Shown: piece by piece, positions 9,301 through 23,416 of the stretch
Position numbering within the stretch: the stretch's first letter is position 1
Layout of the letters: the number at the start of each line of letters is the position of its first letter
From: Botryllus schlosseri
Lineage: Eukaryota
DNA: 64,000 nucleotides
Assembly: GCA_051294905.1 (NCBI GenBank)
Contig: CM119371.1
Location: 18,726,001-18,790,000, forward strand
Reading direction: 5' to 3'
Translations under genes and position numbers: made by a program
The notes under the pieces: generated by a model
Database searches by the model: none
Seen by the model: only the letters and a program-made list of their open reading frames with translations
Told to the model about the DNA's origin: nothing

Positions 9301-11153
9301 ATTGTAGTCGGCCTAACGCATTTTCATTATATCGCAATCGTCTTAGAGAAACGGACAATGTCACATAAAACGGCAGAAACTGTCTCGATCTGTCGCCTAC
9401 GACCATACCACGTTGAATATACCCGATCTCGTCCGATCTCGGAAGTCAAGTAACGTTGGGCCCGGTTAGTACTTGCATGGGTGACCGGCTGGGAATACCG
9501 GGTGTAGGTAGGCGGCTTTTGCATTTTTTGTGCGCAAACTCGATCGTTTTGATTGCAACTGTTTTGTATGCGCACGTAGGCCTACGTACAACTATGATTG
9601 TCATCATTTGCTGGCCGCCGCTTATTTCAATTGGTAGTTATACTAGGCCTGACACATTGTCATTATATCGAAATCTCGTGCTGTTTTCACATGACGAAAA
9701 GTGCAATAAAATAACTACTCTGACAGCGAGAGCTTACTTGTGTGTTTGTCGACAAGATACAAGAACAGAGCAGGACGCCAATGATATTCGACCTCTAATT
9801 GGTCAGAAAGTGCCTCGGCGCAATAAGACTATCTACTATTCTGGCGTCTCGTCGACAGCATGGCGACGGAAATTGTCACATAAAACGGCACAGATCGTAA
9901 CCACTGTCGCCTACGACCATACCACGTTGAATATACCCGATCTCGTCCGATCTCGGAAGTCAAGCAACGTTGGGCCCGGTTAGTACTTGCATGGGTGACC
10001 GGCAGGGAATACCGGGTGTAGTAGGCGGCTTTTTCATTTTTTTCGCACAAACTCGATCAATTTGATCGCTGCGCTGTATTCACGTATGAAGTATCGCGCG
10101 AAATTTGTAATTGTAGTCGGCCTAACACATTTTCATGATATCGAAATCTCGTGCTGTTTTTACATGACGAAAATTCCAATAAAATAACTACACTGACAGC
10201 GAGAGCTTACTTGTCTGTTTTTCGAGCAGACACAAGAACAGAGCAGGACGCCAATGATATTCGACCTCTAGTTGGTCAGAAAGTGCCTCGGCGCAATAAG
10301 ACTATCTATACTATTCTGGCGTCTCGTCGACAGCATGGCGACGTAAATTGTCACTAAAAACGGCACAGATCGTAACCACTGTCGCCTACGACCATACCAC
10401 GTTGAATATACCCGATCTCGTCCGATCTCGGAAGTCAAGCAATGTTTGGCCCGGTTAGTACTTGCATGGGTGACCGGCTGGGAATACCGGGTGTAGTAGG
10501 CGGCTTTTTCATTTTTTTCGCACAAACTCGATCAATTTGATCGCTGCGCTGTATTCACGTATGAAGTATCGCGCGAAATTTGTAATTGTAGTCGGCCTAA
10601 CACATTTTCATGATATCGAAATCTCGTGCTGTTTTTACATGACGAAAATTCCAATAAAATAACTACTCTGACAGCGAGAGCTTACTTGTCTGTTTTTCGA
10701 GCAGACACAAGAACAGAGCAGGACGCCAATGATATTCGACCTCTAGTTGGTCAGAAAGTGCCTCGGCGCAATAAGACTATCTATACTATTCTGGCGTCTC
10801 GTCGACAGCATGGCGACGGAAATTGTCACATAAAACGGCACAGATCATAACCACTGTCGCCTATGACCATACCACGTTGAATATACCCGATCTCGTCCGA
10901 TCTCGGAAGTCAAGCAACGTTGGGCCCGGTTAGTACTTGCATGGGTGACCGGCTGGGAATACCGGGTGTAGTAGGCGGCTTTTTCATTTTTTTCGCACAA
11001 ACTCGATCAATTTGATCGTTGCGCTGTATTCACGTATGAAGTATCGCGCGAAATTTGTAATTGTAGTCGGCCTAACGCATTTTCATTATATCGCAATCGT
11101 CTTAGAGAAACGGACAATGTCACATAAAACGGCAGAAACTGTCACGATCTGTC

Positions 11154-11273
11154 GCCTACGACCATACCACGTTGAATATATACCCGATCTCGTCCGATCT
11201 CGGAAGTCAAGTAACGTTGGGCCCGGTTAGTACTTGCATGGGTGACCGGCTGGGAATACCGGGTGTAGTAGGC
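11154..11273 (+). pseudogene. 5S variant with 2-bp TA insertion in loop B (also at 20459-20578)
   Basis: GAATATATACCC instead of GAATATACCC; functional status uncertain. Confidence 0.6.
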
Positions 11274-11331
11274 GGCTTTTTCATTTTTTTCGCACAAACT
11301 CGATCAATTTGATCGCTGCGCTGTATTCACG

Positions 11332-11899
11332 GCGTCCTAAACATAGAAGATATGCGGAAACTAGAAATCGCCAAGTTTATGTATCAGTTTCACTGCGGTC
11401 GTTGCCCCGAATACTTCAATGACTTCTTTACCTCTGAATCAAAAGCGCACAAGTACAACACACGCGCGTCCATGTCGTCCAAATATCATATGATCGACCG
11501 CGAAGATCATCGCTCCATCAAATATGCCGGACCTGATGTGTGGAACAGTATCCCGCCGGCCATCCGACAGTCGACGAGCATGTCCACATTCAAGTCGAAA
11601 TACAAGCAATTACTACTAAATAAATACAGTACATCTTCAAGATTACCGGACCACGACTGACCTATCGATCTCGCTTCCCATGACATGCCGCCCTATTTCT
11701 TGTCGCATTCTTTTTCTATACTATCTTCTTTACTTTCATTCAGTGTGCATGCCTCCTCTTTACATCGCCTAGGCCAAGGTGGGTGTCAGATTCCATAGAC
11801 TACTCCTTGTCGCTTCGACATCTTCCTGTCTTTTCATTGTATCGCATTTTTGTGGTGTATTGAACTGATAAAATTGCTAATAAACCAATGATGATAATG
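11332..11899 (+). mobile_element. Truncated CR1-group LINE, copy 3
   Basis: Same junctions; AAACATAGAAG variant; tail ATGATGATAATG. Confidence 0.85.
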
Positions 11900-12312
11900 A
11901 TGAAGTATCGCGCGAAATTTGTAATTGTAGTCGGCCTAACGCATTTTCATTATATCGCAATCGTCTTAGAGAAACGGACAATGTCACATAAAACGGCAGA
12001 AACTGTCTCGATCTGTCGCCTACGACCATACCACGTTGAATATACCCGATCTCGTCCGATCTCGGAAGTCAAGTAACGTTGGGCCCGGTTAGTACTTGCA
12101 TGGGTGACCGGCTGGGAATACCGGGTGTAGTAGGCGGCTTTTTCATTTTTTTCGCACAAACTCGATCAATTTGATCGCTGCGCTGTATTCACGTATGAAG
12201 TATCGCGCGAAATTTGTAATTGTAGTCGGCCTAACGCATTTTCATTATATCGCAATCGTCTAAAAGAAACGGATAATGTCACATAAAACGGCAGAAACTG
12301 ACACGATCTGTC

Positions 12313-12420
12313 GCCTACGACCATACCACGTTGAATATACCCGATCTCGGAAGTCAAGTAACGTTGGGCCCGGTTAGTACTTGCATGGGTGACCGGCTGG
12401 GAATACCGGGTGTAGTAGGC
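12313..12420 (+). pseudogene. 5S pseudogene, 10-bp deletion
   Basis: Same deletion and same diagnostic upstream spacer (CTAAAAGAAACGGATAAT...ACTGACACG). Confidence 0.85.
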
Positions 12421-12478
12421 GGCTTTTTCATTTTTTTCGCACAAACTCGATCAATTTGATCGCTGCGCTGTATTCACG

Positions 12479-13046
12479 GCGTCCTAAACATTGAAGATAT
12501 GCGGAAACTAGAAATCGCCAAGTTTATGTATCAGTTTCACTGCGGTCGTTGCCCCGAATACTTCAATGACTTCTTTACCTCTGAATCAAAAGCGCACAAG
12601 TACAACACACGCGCGTCCATGTCGTCCAAATATCATATGATCGACCGCGAAGATCATCGCTCCATCAAATATGCCGGACCTGATGTGTGGAACAGTATCC
12701 CGCCGGCCATCCGACAGTCGACGAGCATGTCCACATTCAAGTCGAAATACAAGCAATTACTACTAAATAAATACAGTACATCCTCAAGATTACCGGACCA
12801 CGACTGACCTATCGATCTCGCTTCCCATGACATGCCGCCCTATTTCTTGTCGCATTCTTTTTCTATACTATCTTCTTTACTTTCATTCAGTGTGCATGCC
12901 TCCTCTTTACATCGCCTAGGCCAAGGTGGGTGTCAGATTCCATAGACTACTCCTTGTCGCTTCGACATCTTCCTGTCTTTTCATTGTATCGCATTTTTGT
13001 GGTGTATTGAACTGATAAAATTGCTAATAAACCAATGATGATGATG
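12479..13046 (+). mobile_element. Truncated CR1-group LINE, copy 4
   Basis: Same junctions; ORF 12499-12807. Confidence 0.85.
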
Positions 13047-14344
13047 ATGAAGTATCGCGCGAAATTTGTAATTGTAGTCGGCCTAACGCATTTTCATTAT
13101 ATCGCAATCGTCTTAGAGAAACGGACAATGTCACATAAAACGGCAGAAACTGTCTCGATCTGTCGCCTACGACCATACCACGTTGAATATACCCGATCTC
13201 GTCCGATCTCGGAAGTCAAGTAACGTTGGGCCCGGTTAGTACTTGCATGGGTGACCGGCTGGGAATACCGGGTGTAGTAGGCGGCTTTTTCATTTTTTTC
13301 GCACAAACTCGATCAATTTGATCGCTGCGCTGTATTCACGTATGAAGTATCGCGCGAAATTTGTAATTGTAGTCGGCCTAACGCATTTTCATTATATCGC
13401 AATCGTCTTAGAGAAACGGACAATGTCACATAAAACGGCAGAAACTGTCTCGATCTGTCGCCTACGACCATACCACGTTGAATATACCCGATCTCGTCCG
13501 ATCTCGGAAGTCAAGTAACGTTGGGCCCGGTTAGTACTTGCATGGGTGACCGGCTGGGAATACCGGGTGTAGTAGGCGGCATTTTCATTTTTTTCGCACA
13601 AACTCGATCAATTTGATCGCTGCGCTGTATTCACGTATGAAGTATCGCGCGAAATTTGTAATTGTAGTCGGCCTAACGCATTTTCATTATATCGCAATCG
13701 TCTTAGAGAAACGGACAATGTCACATAAAACGGCAGAAACTGTCTCGATCTGTCGCCTACGACCATACCACGTTGAATATACCCGATCTCGTCCGATCTC
13801 GGAAGTCAAGTAACGTTGGGCCCGGTTAGTACTTGCATGGGTGACCGGCTGGGAATACCGGGTGTAGTAGGCGGCATTTTCATTTTTTTCGCACAAACTC
13901 GATCAATTTGATCGCTGCGCTGTATTCACGTATGAAGTATCGCGCGAAATTTGTAATTGTAGTCGGCCTAACGCATTTTCATTATATCGCAATCGTCTTA
14001 GAGAAACGGACAATGTCACATAAAACGGCAGAAACTGTCACGATCTGTCGCCTACGACCATACCACGTTGAATATACCCGATCTCGTCCGATCTCGGAAG
14101 TCAAGTAACGTTGGGCCCGGTTAGTACTTGCATGGGTGACCGGCTGGGAATACCGGGTGTAGTAGGCGGCTTTTTCATTTTTTTCGCACAAACTCGATCA
14201 ATTTGATCGCTGCGCTGTATTCACGTATGAAGTATCGCGCGAAATTTGTAATTGTAGTCGGCCTAACGCATTTTCATTATATCGCAATCGTCTAAAAGAA
14301 ACGGATAATGTCACATAAAACGGCAGAAACTGACACGATCTGTC

Positions 14345-14452
14345 GCCTACGACCATACCACGTTGAATATACCCGATCTCGGAAGTCAAGTAACGTTGGG
14401 CCCGGTTAGTACTTGCATGGGTGACCGGCTGGGAATACCGGGTGTAGTAGGC
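14345..14452 (+). pseudogene. 5S pseudogene, 10-bp deletion
   Basis: As above. Confidence 0.85.
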
Positions 14453-14510
14453 GGCTTTTTCATTTTTTTCGCACAAACTCGATCAATTTGATCGCTGCGC
14501 TGTATTCACG

Positions 14511-15078
14511 GCGTCCTAAACATTGAAGATATGCGGAAACTAGAAATCGCCAAGTTTATGTATCAGTTTCACTGCGGTCGTTGCCCCGAATACTTCAATG
14601 ACTTCTTTACCTCTGAATCAAAAGCGCACAAGTACAACACACGCGCGTCCACGTCGTCCAAATATCATATGATCGACCGCGAAGATCATCGCTCCATCAA
14701 ATATGCCGGACCTGATGTGTGGAACAGTATCCCGCCGGCCATCCGACAGTCGACGAGCATGTCCACATTCAAGTCGAAATACAAGCAATTACTACTAAAT
14801 AAATACAGTACATCCTCAAGATTACCGGACCACGACTGACCTATCGATCTCGCTTCCCATGACATGCCGCCCTATTTCTTGTCGCATTCTTTTTCTATAC
14901 TATCTTCTTTACTTTCATTCAGTGTGCATGCCTCCTCTTTACATCGCCTAGGCCAAGGTGGGTGTCAGATTCCATAGACTACTCCTTGTCGCTTCGACAT
15001 CTTCCTGTCTTTTCATTGTATCGCATTTTTGTGGTGTATTGAACTGATAAAATTGCTAATAAACCAATGATGATGATG
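14511..15078 (+). mobile_element. Truncated CR1-group LINE, copy 5
   Basis: Same junctions; RAST variant (ATG>ACG). Confidence 0.85.
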
Positions 15079-16375
15079 ATGAAGTATCGCGCGAAATTTG
15101 TAATTGTAGTCGGCCTAACGCATTTTCATTATATCGCAATCGTCTTAGAGAAACGGACAATGTCACATAAAACGGCAGAAACTGTCTCGATCTGTCGCCT
15201 ACGACCATACCACGTTGAATATACCCGATCTCGTCCGATCTCGGAAGTCAAGTAACGTTGGGCCCGGTTAGTACATGCATGGGTGACCGGCTGGGAATAC
15301 CGGGTGTAGTAGGCGGCTTTTTCATTTTTTTCGCACAAACTCGATCAATTTGATCGCTGCGCTGTATTCACGTATGAAGTATCGCGCGAAATTTGTAATT
15401 GTAGTCGGCCTAACGCATTTTCATTATATCGCAATCGTCTTAGAGAAACGGACAATGTCACATAAAACGGCAGAAACTGTCTCGATCTGTCGCCTACGAC
15501 CATACCACGTTGAATATACCCGATCTCGTCCGCTCTCGGAAGTCAAGTAACGTTGGGCCGGTTAGTACTTGAATGGGTGACCGGCTGGGAATACCGGGTG
15601 TAGTAGGCGGCTTTTTCATTTTTTTCGCACAAACTCGATCAATTTGATCGCTGCGCTGTATTCACGTATGAAGTATTGCGCGAAATTTGTAATTGTAGTC
15701 GGCCTAACGCATTTTCATTATATCGCAATCGTCTTAGAGAAACGGACAATGTCACATAAAACGGCAGAAACTGTCTCGATCTGTCACCTACGACCATACC
15801 ACGTTGAATATACCCGATCTCGTCCGATCTCGGAAGTCAAGTAACGTTGGGCCCGGTTAGTACTTGCATGGGTGACCGGCTGGGAATACCGGGTGTAGTA
15901 GGCGGCTTTTTCATTTTTTTCGCACAAACTCGATCAATTTGATCGCTGCGCTGTATTCACGTATGAAGTATCGCGCGAAATTTGTAATTGTAGTCGGCCT
16001 AACGCATTTTCATTATATCGCAATCGTCTTAGAGAAACGGACAATGTCACATAAAACGGCAGAAACTGTCACGATCTGTCGCCTACGACCATACCACGTT
16101 GAATATACCCGATCTCGTCCGATCTCGGAAGTCAAGTAACGTTGGGCCCGGTTAGTACTTGCATGGGTGACCGGCTGGGAATACCGGGTGTAGTAGGCGG
16201 CTTTTTCATTTTTTTCGCACAAACTCGATCAATTTGATCGCTGCGCTGTATTCACGTATGAAGTATCGCGCGAAATTTGTAATTGTAGTCGGCCTAACGC
16301 ATTTTCATTATATCGCAATCGTCTAAAAGAAACGGATAATGTCACATAAAACGGCAGAAACTGACACGATCTGTC

Positions 16376-16483
16376 GCCTACGACCATACCACGTTGAATA
16401 TACCCGATCTCGGAAGTCAAGTAACGTTGGGCCCGGTTAGTACTTGCATGGGTGACCGGCTGGGAATACCGGGTGTAGTAGGC
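16376..16483 (+). pseudogene. 5S pseudogene, 10-bp deletion
   Basis: As above. Confidence 0.85.
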
Positions 16484-16541
16484 GGCTTTTTCATTTTTTT
16501 CGCACAAACTCGATCAATTTGATCGCTGCGCTGTATTCACG

Positions 16542-17109
16542 GCGTCCTAAACATTGAAGATATGCGGAAACTAGAAATCGCCAAGTTTATGTATCAGTTT
16601 CACTGCGGTCGTTGCCCCGAATACTTCAATGACTTCTTTACCTCTGAATCAAAAGCGCACAAGTACAACACACGCGCGTCCACGTCGTCCAAATATCATA
16701 TGATCGACCGCGAAGATCATCGCTCCATCAAATATGCCGGACCTGATGTGTGGAACAGTATCCCGCCGGCCATCCGACAGTCGACGAGCATGTCCACATT
16801 CAAGTCGAAATACAAGCAATTACTACTAAATAAATACAGTACATCCTCAAGATTACCGGACCACGACTGACCTATCGATCTCGCTTCCCATGACATGCCG
16901 CCCTATTTCTTGTCGCATTCTTTTTCTATACTATCTTCTTTACTTTCATTCAGTGTGCATGCCTCCTCTTTACATCGCCTAGGCCAAGGTGGGTGTCAGA
17001 TTCCATAGACTACTCCTTGTCGCTTCGACATCTTCCTGTCTTTTCATTGTATCGCATTTTTGTGGTGTATTGAACTGATAAAATTGCTAATAAACCAATG
17101 ATGATGATG
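16542..17109 (+). mobile_element. Truncated CR1-group LINE, copy 6
   Basis: Same junctions; RAST variant; 2031 bp from copy 5. Confidence 0.85.
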
Positions 17110-20100
17110 ATGAAGTATCGCGCGAAATTTGTAATTGTAGTCGGCCTAACGCATTTTCATTATATCGCAATCGTCTTAGAGAAACGGACAATGTCACATA
17201 AAACGGCAGAAACTGTCTCGATCTGTCGCCTACGACCATACCACGTTGAATATACCCGATCTCGTCCGATCTCGGAAGTCAAGTAACGTTGGGCCCGGTT
17301 AGTACATGCATGGGTGACCGGCTGGGAATACCGGGTGTAGTAGGCGGCTTTTTCATTTTTTTCGCACAAACTCGATCAATTTGATCGCTGCGCTGTATTC
17401 ACGTATGAAGTATCGCGCGAAATTTGTAATTGTAGTCGGCCTAACGCATTTTCATTATATCGCAATCGTCTTAGAGAAACGGACAATGTCACATAAAACG
17501 GCAGAAACTGTCTCGATCTGTCGCCTACGACCATACCACGTTGAATATACCCGATCTCGTCCGCTCTCGGAAGTCAAGTAACGTTGGGCCGGTTAGTACT
17601 TGAATGGGTGACCGGCTGGGAATACCGGGTGTAGTAGGCGGCTTTTTCATTTTTTTCGCACAAACTCGATCAATTTGATCGCTGCGCTGTATTCACGTAT
17701 GAAGTATTGCGCGAAATTTGTAATTGTAGTCGGCCTAACGCATTTTCATTATATCGCAATCGTCTTAGAGAAACGGACAATGTCACATAAAACGGCAGAA
17801 ACTGTCTCGATCTGTCGCCTACGACCATACCACGTTGAATATACCCGATCTCGTCCGATCTCGGAAGTCAAGTAACGTTGGGCCCGGTTAGTACTTGCAT
17901 GGGTGACCGGCTGGGAATACCGGGTGTAGTAGGCGGCTTTTTCATTTTTTTCGCACAAACTCGATCAATTTGATCGCTGCGCTGTATTCACGTATGAAGT
18001 ATCGCGCGAAATTTGTAATTGTAGTCGGCCTAACGCATTTTCATTATATCGCAATCGTCTTAGAGAAACGGACAATGTCACATAAAACGGCAGAAACTGT
18101 CTCGATCTGTCGCCTACGACCATACCACGTTGAATATACCCGATCTCGTCCGATCTCGGAAGTCAAGTAACGTTGGGCCCGGTTAGTACTTGCATGGGTG
18201 ACCGGCTGGGAATACCGGGTGTAGTAGGCGGCTTTTTCATTTTTTTCGCACAAACTCGATCAATTTGATCGCTGCGCTGTATTCACGTATGAAGTATCGC
18301 GCGAAATTTGTAATTGTAGTCGGCCTAACGCATTTTCATTATATCGCAATCGTCTTAGAGAAACGGACAATGTCACATAAAACGGCAGAAACTGTCTCGA
18401 TCTGTCGCCTACGACCATACCACGTTGAATATACCCGATCTCGTCCGATCTCGGAAGTCAAGTAACGTTGGGCCCGGTTAGTACTTGCATGGGTGACCGG
18501 CTGGGAATACCGGGTGTAGGTAGGCGGCTTTTGCATTTTTTGTGCGCAAACTCGATCGTTTTGATTGCAACTGTTTTGTATGCGCACGTAGGCCTACGTA
18601 CAACTATGATTGTCATCATTTGCTGGCCGCCGCTTATTTCAATTGGTAGTTATACTAGGCCTGACACATTGTCATTATATCGAAATCTCGTGCTGTTTTC
18701 ACATGACGAAAAGTGCAATAAAATAACTACTCTGACAGCGAGAGCTTACTTGTGTGTTTGTCGACAAGATACAAGAACAGAGCAGGACGCCAATGATATT
18801 CGACCTCTAATTGGTCAGAAAGTGCCTCGGCGCAATAAGACTATCTACTATTCTGGCGTCTCGTCGACAGCATGGCGACGGAAATTGTCACATAAAACGG
18901 CACAGATCGTAACCACTGTCGCCTACGACCATACCACGTTGAATATACCCGATCTCGTCCGATCTCGGAAGTCAAGCAACGTTGGGCCCGGTTAGTACTT
19001 GCATGGGTGACCGACAGGGAATACCGGGTGTAGTAGGCGGCTTTTTCATTTTTTTCGCACAAACTCGATCAATTTGATCGCTGCGCTGTATTCACGTATG
19101 AAGTATCGCGCGAAATTTGTAATTGTAGTCGGCCTAACACATTTTCATGATATCGAAATCTCGTGCTGTTTTTACATGACGAAAATTCCAATAAAATAAC
19201 TACTCTGACAGCGAGAGCTTACTTGTCTGTTTTTCGAGCAGACACAAGAACAGAGCAGGACGCCAATGATATTCGACCTCTAGTTGGTCAGAAAGTGCCT
19301 CGGCGCAATAAGACTATCTATACTATTCTGGCGTCTCGTCGACAGCATGGCGACGTAAATTGTCACTAAAAACGGCACAGATCGTAACCACTGTCGCCTA
19401 CGACCATACCACGTTGAATATACCCGATCTCGCCCGATCTCGGAAGTCAAGCAACGTTGGGCCCGGTTAGTACTTGCATGGGTGACCGGCTGGGAATACC
19501 GGGTGTAGTAGGCGGCTTTTTCATTTTTTTCGCACAAACTCGATCAATTTGATCGCTGCGCTGTATTCACGTATGAAGTATCGCGCGAAATTTGTAATTG
19601 TAGTCGGCCTAACGCATTTTCATTATATCGCAATCGTCTTAGAGAAACGGACAATGTCACATAAAACGGCAGAAACTGTCTCGATCTGTCGCCTACGACC
19701 ATACCACGTTGAATATACCCGATCTCGTCCGATCTCAGAAGTCAAGTAACGTTGGGCCCGGTTAGTACTTGCATGGGTGACCGGCTGGGAATACCGGGTG
19801 TAGTAGGCGGCTTTTTCATTTTTTTCACACAAACTCGATCAATTTGATCGCTGCGCTGTATTCACGTATGAAGTATCGCGCGAAATTTGTAATTGTAGTC
19901 GGCCTAACACATTTTCATGATATCGCAATCTCGTGCTGTTTTGACATGACGAAAATTCCAATAAAATAACTACTCTGACAGCGAGAGCTTACTTGTCTGT
20001 TTTTCGACCAGACACAAGAACAGAGCAGGACGCCAATGATATTCGACCTCTAGTTGGTCAGAAAGTGCCTCGGCGCAATAAGACTATCTACTATTCTGGC

Positions 20101-20636
20101 GTCTCGTCGACAGCATGGCGACGGAGATTGTCACATAAAACGGCACAGATCGTAACCACTGTCGCCTACGACCAAACCACGTTGAATATACCCGATCTCG
20201 TCCGATCTCGGAAGTCAAGCAACGTTGGGCCCGGTTAGTACTTGCATGGGTGACCGGCTGGGAATACCGGGTGTAGTAGGCGGCTTTTTCATTTTTTTCG
20301 CACAAACTCGATCAATTTGATCGCTGCGCTATATTCACGTATGAAGTATCGCGCGAAATTTGTAATTGTAGTCGGCCTAACGCATTTTCATTATATCGCA
20401 ATCGTCTTAGAGAAACGGACAATGTCACATAAAACGGCAGAAACTGTCACGATCTGTCGCCTACGACCATACCACGTTGAATATATACCCGATCTCGTCC
20501 GATCTCGGAAGTCAAGTAACGTTGGGCCCGGTTAGTACTTGCATGGGTGACCGGCTGGGAATACCGGGTGTAGTAGGCGGCTTTTTCATTTTTTTCGCAC
20601 AAACTCGATCAATTTGATCGCTGCGCTGTATTCACG

Positions 20637-21204
20637 GCGTCCTAAACATAGAAGATATGCGGAAACTAGAAATCGCCAAGTTTATGTATCAGTTTCACTG
20701 CGGTCGTTGCCCCGAATACTTCAATGACTTCTTTACCTCTGAATCAAAAGCGCACAAGTACAACACACGCGCGTCCATGTCGTCCAAATATCATATGATC
20801 GACCGCGAAGATCATCGCTCCATCAAATATGCCGGACCTGATGTGTGGAACAGTATCCCGCCGGCCATCCGACAGTCGACGAGCATGTCCACATTCAAGT
20901 CGAAATACAAGCAATTACTACTAAATAGATACAGTACATCCTCAAGATTACCGGACCACGACTGACCTATCGATCTCGCTTCCCATGACATGCCGCCCTA
21001 TTTCTTGTCGCATTCTTTTTCTATACTATCTTCTTTACTTTCATTCAGTGTGCATGCCTCCTCTTTACATCGCCTAGGCCAAGGTGGGTGTCAGATTCCA
21101 TAGACTACTCCTTGTCGCTTCGACATCTTCCTGTCTTTTCATTGTATCGCATTTTTGTGGTGTATTGAACTGATAAAATTGCTAATAAACCAATGATGAT
21201 GATG
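20637..21204 (+). mobile_element. Truncated CR1-group LINE, copy 7
   Basis: Same junctions; AAACATAGAAG variant like copy 3. Confidence 0.85.
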
Positions 21205-22682
21205 ATGAAGTATCGCGCGAAATTTGTAATTGTAGTCGGCCTAACGCATTTTCATTATATCGCAATCGTTTTAGAGAAACGGACAATGTCACATAAAACG
21301 GCAGAAACTGTCTCGATCTGTCGCCTACGACCATACCACGTTGAATATACCCGATCTCGTCCGATCTCGGAAGTCAAGTAACGTTGGGCCCGGTTAGTAC
21401 TTGCATGGGTGACCGGCTGGGAATACCGGGTGTAGTAGGCGGCTTTTTCATTTTTTTCGCACAAACTCGATCAATTTGATCGCTGCGCTGTATTCACGTA
21501 TGAAGTATCGCGCGAAATTTGTAATTGTAGTCGGCCTAACGCATTTTCATTATATCGCAATCGTCTTAGAGAAACGGACAATGTCACATAAAACGGCAGA
21601 AACTGTCTCGATCTGTCGCCTACGACTATACCACGTTGAATATACCCGATCTCGTCCGATCTCGGAAGTCAAGTAACGTTGGGCCCGGTTAGTACTTGCA
21701 TGGGTGACCGGCTGGGAATACCGGGTGTAGTAGGCGGAATTTTCATTTTTTTCGCACAAACTCGATCAATTTGATCGCTGCGCTGTATTCACGTATGAAG
21801 TATCGGGCGAAATTTGTAATTGTAGTCGGCCTAACACATTTTCATGATATCGAAATCTCGTGCTGTTTTTACATGACGAAAATTCCAATAAAATAACTAC
21901 TCTGACAGCGAGAGCTTACTTGTCTGTTTTTCGAGCAGACACAAGAACAGAGCAGGACGCCAATGATATTCGACCTCTAGTTGGTCAGAAAGTGCCTCGG
22001 CGCAATAAGACTATCTATACTATTCTGGCGTCTCGTCGACAGCATGGCGACGTAAATTGTCACTAAAAACGGCACAGATCGTAACCACTGTCGCCTACGA
22101 CCATACCACGTTGAATATACCCGATCTCGTCCGATCTCGGAAGTCAAGCAATGTTTGGCCCGGTTAGTACTTGCATGGGTGACCGGCTGGGAATACCGGG
22201 TGTAGTAGGCGGCTTTTTCATTTTTTTCGCACAAACTCGATCAATTTGATCGCTGCGCTGTATTCACGTATGAAGTATCGCGCGAAATTTGTAATTGTAG
22301 TCGGCCTAACGCATTTTCATTATATCGCAATCGTCTTAGAGAAACGGACAATGTCACATAAAACGGCAGAAACTGTCACGATCTGTCGCCTACGACCATA
22401 CCACGTTGAATATACCCGATCTCGTCCGATCTCGGAAGTCAAGTAACGTTGGGCCCGGTTAGTACTTGCATGGGTGACCGGCTGGGAATACCGGGTGTAG
22501 TAGGCGGCTTTTTCATTTTTTTCGCACAAACTCGATCAATTTGATCGCTGCGCTGTATTCACGTATGAAGTATCGCGCGAAATTTGTAATTGTAGTCGGC
22601 CTAACGCATTTTCATTATATCGCAATCGTCTAAAAGAAACGGATAATGTCACATAAAACGGCAGAAACTGACACGATCTGTC

Positions 22683-22790
22683 GCCTACGACCATACCACG
22701 TTGAATATACCCGATCTCGGAAGTCAAGTAACGTTGGGCCCGGTTAGTACTTGCATGGGTGACCGGCTGGGAATACCGGGTGTAGTAGGC
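22683..22790 (+). pseudogene. 5S pseudogene, 10-bp deletion
   Basis: As above. Confidence 0.85.
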
Positions 22791-22848
22791 GGCTTTTTCA
22801 TTTTTTTCGCACAAACTCGATCAATTTGATCGCTGCGCTGTATTCACG

Positions 22849-23416
22849 GCGTCCTAAACATTGAAGATATGCGGAAACTAGAAATCGCCAAGTTTATGTA
22901 TCAGTTTCACTGCGGTCGTTGCCCCGAATACTTCAATGACTTCTTTACCTCTGAATCAAAAGCGCACAAGTACAACACACGCGCGTCCACGTCGTCCAAA
23001 TATCATATGATCGACCGCGAAGATCATCGCTCCATCAAATATGCCGGACCTGATGTGTGGAACAGTATCCCGCCGGCCATCCGACAGTCGACGAGCATGT
23101 CCACATTCAAGTCGAAATACAAGCAATTACTACTAAATAAATACAGTACATCCTCAAGATTACCGGACCACGACTGACCTATCGATCTCGCTTCCCATGA
23201 CATGCCGCCCTATTTCTTGTCGCATTCTTTTTCTATACTATCTTCTTTACTTTCATTCAGTGTGCATGCCTCCTCTTTACATCGCCTAGGCCAAGGTGGG
23301 TGTCAGATTCCATAGACTACTCCTTGTCGCTTCGACATCTTCCTGTCTTTTCATTGTATCGCATTTTTGTGGTGTATTGAACTGATAAAATTGCTAATAA
23401 ACCAATGATGATGATG
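22849..23416 (+). mobile_element. Truncated CR1-group LINE, copy 8 (last in window)
   Basis: Same junctions; RAST variant. Confidence 0.85.

Larger units (their letters stand above)
1..11170. repeat. Higher-order tandem duplication, period 5806 bp (boundaries approximate)
   Basis: Constant offset of 5806 for all units (24/5830, 2268/8074, 3650/9456, 5206/11012), including private SNPs such as GCCTATGACC at 5053/10859. Confidence 0.9.
13900..17950. repeat. Higher-order duplication, period 2031 bp (approximate)
   Basis: 13908/15939, 14531/16562, 15644/17675; shared private SNP GTACATGCAT. Confidence 0.85.
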
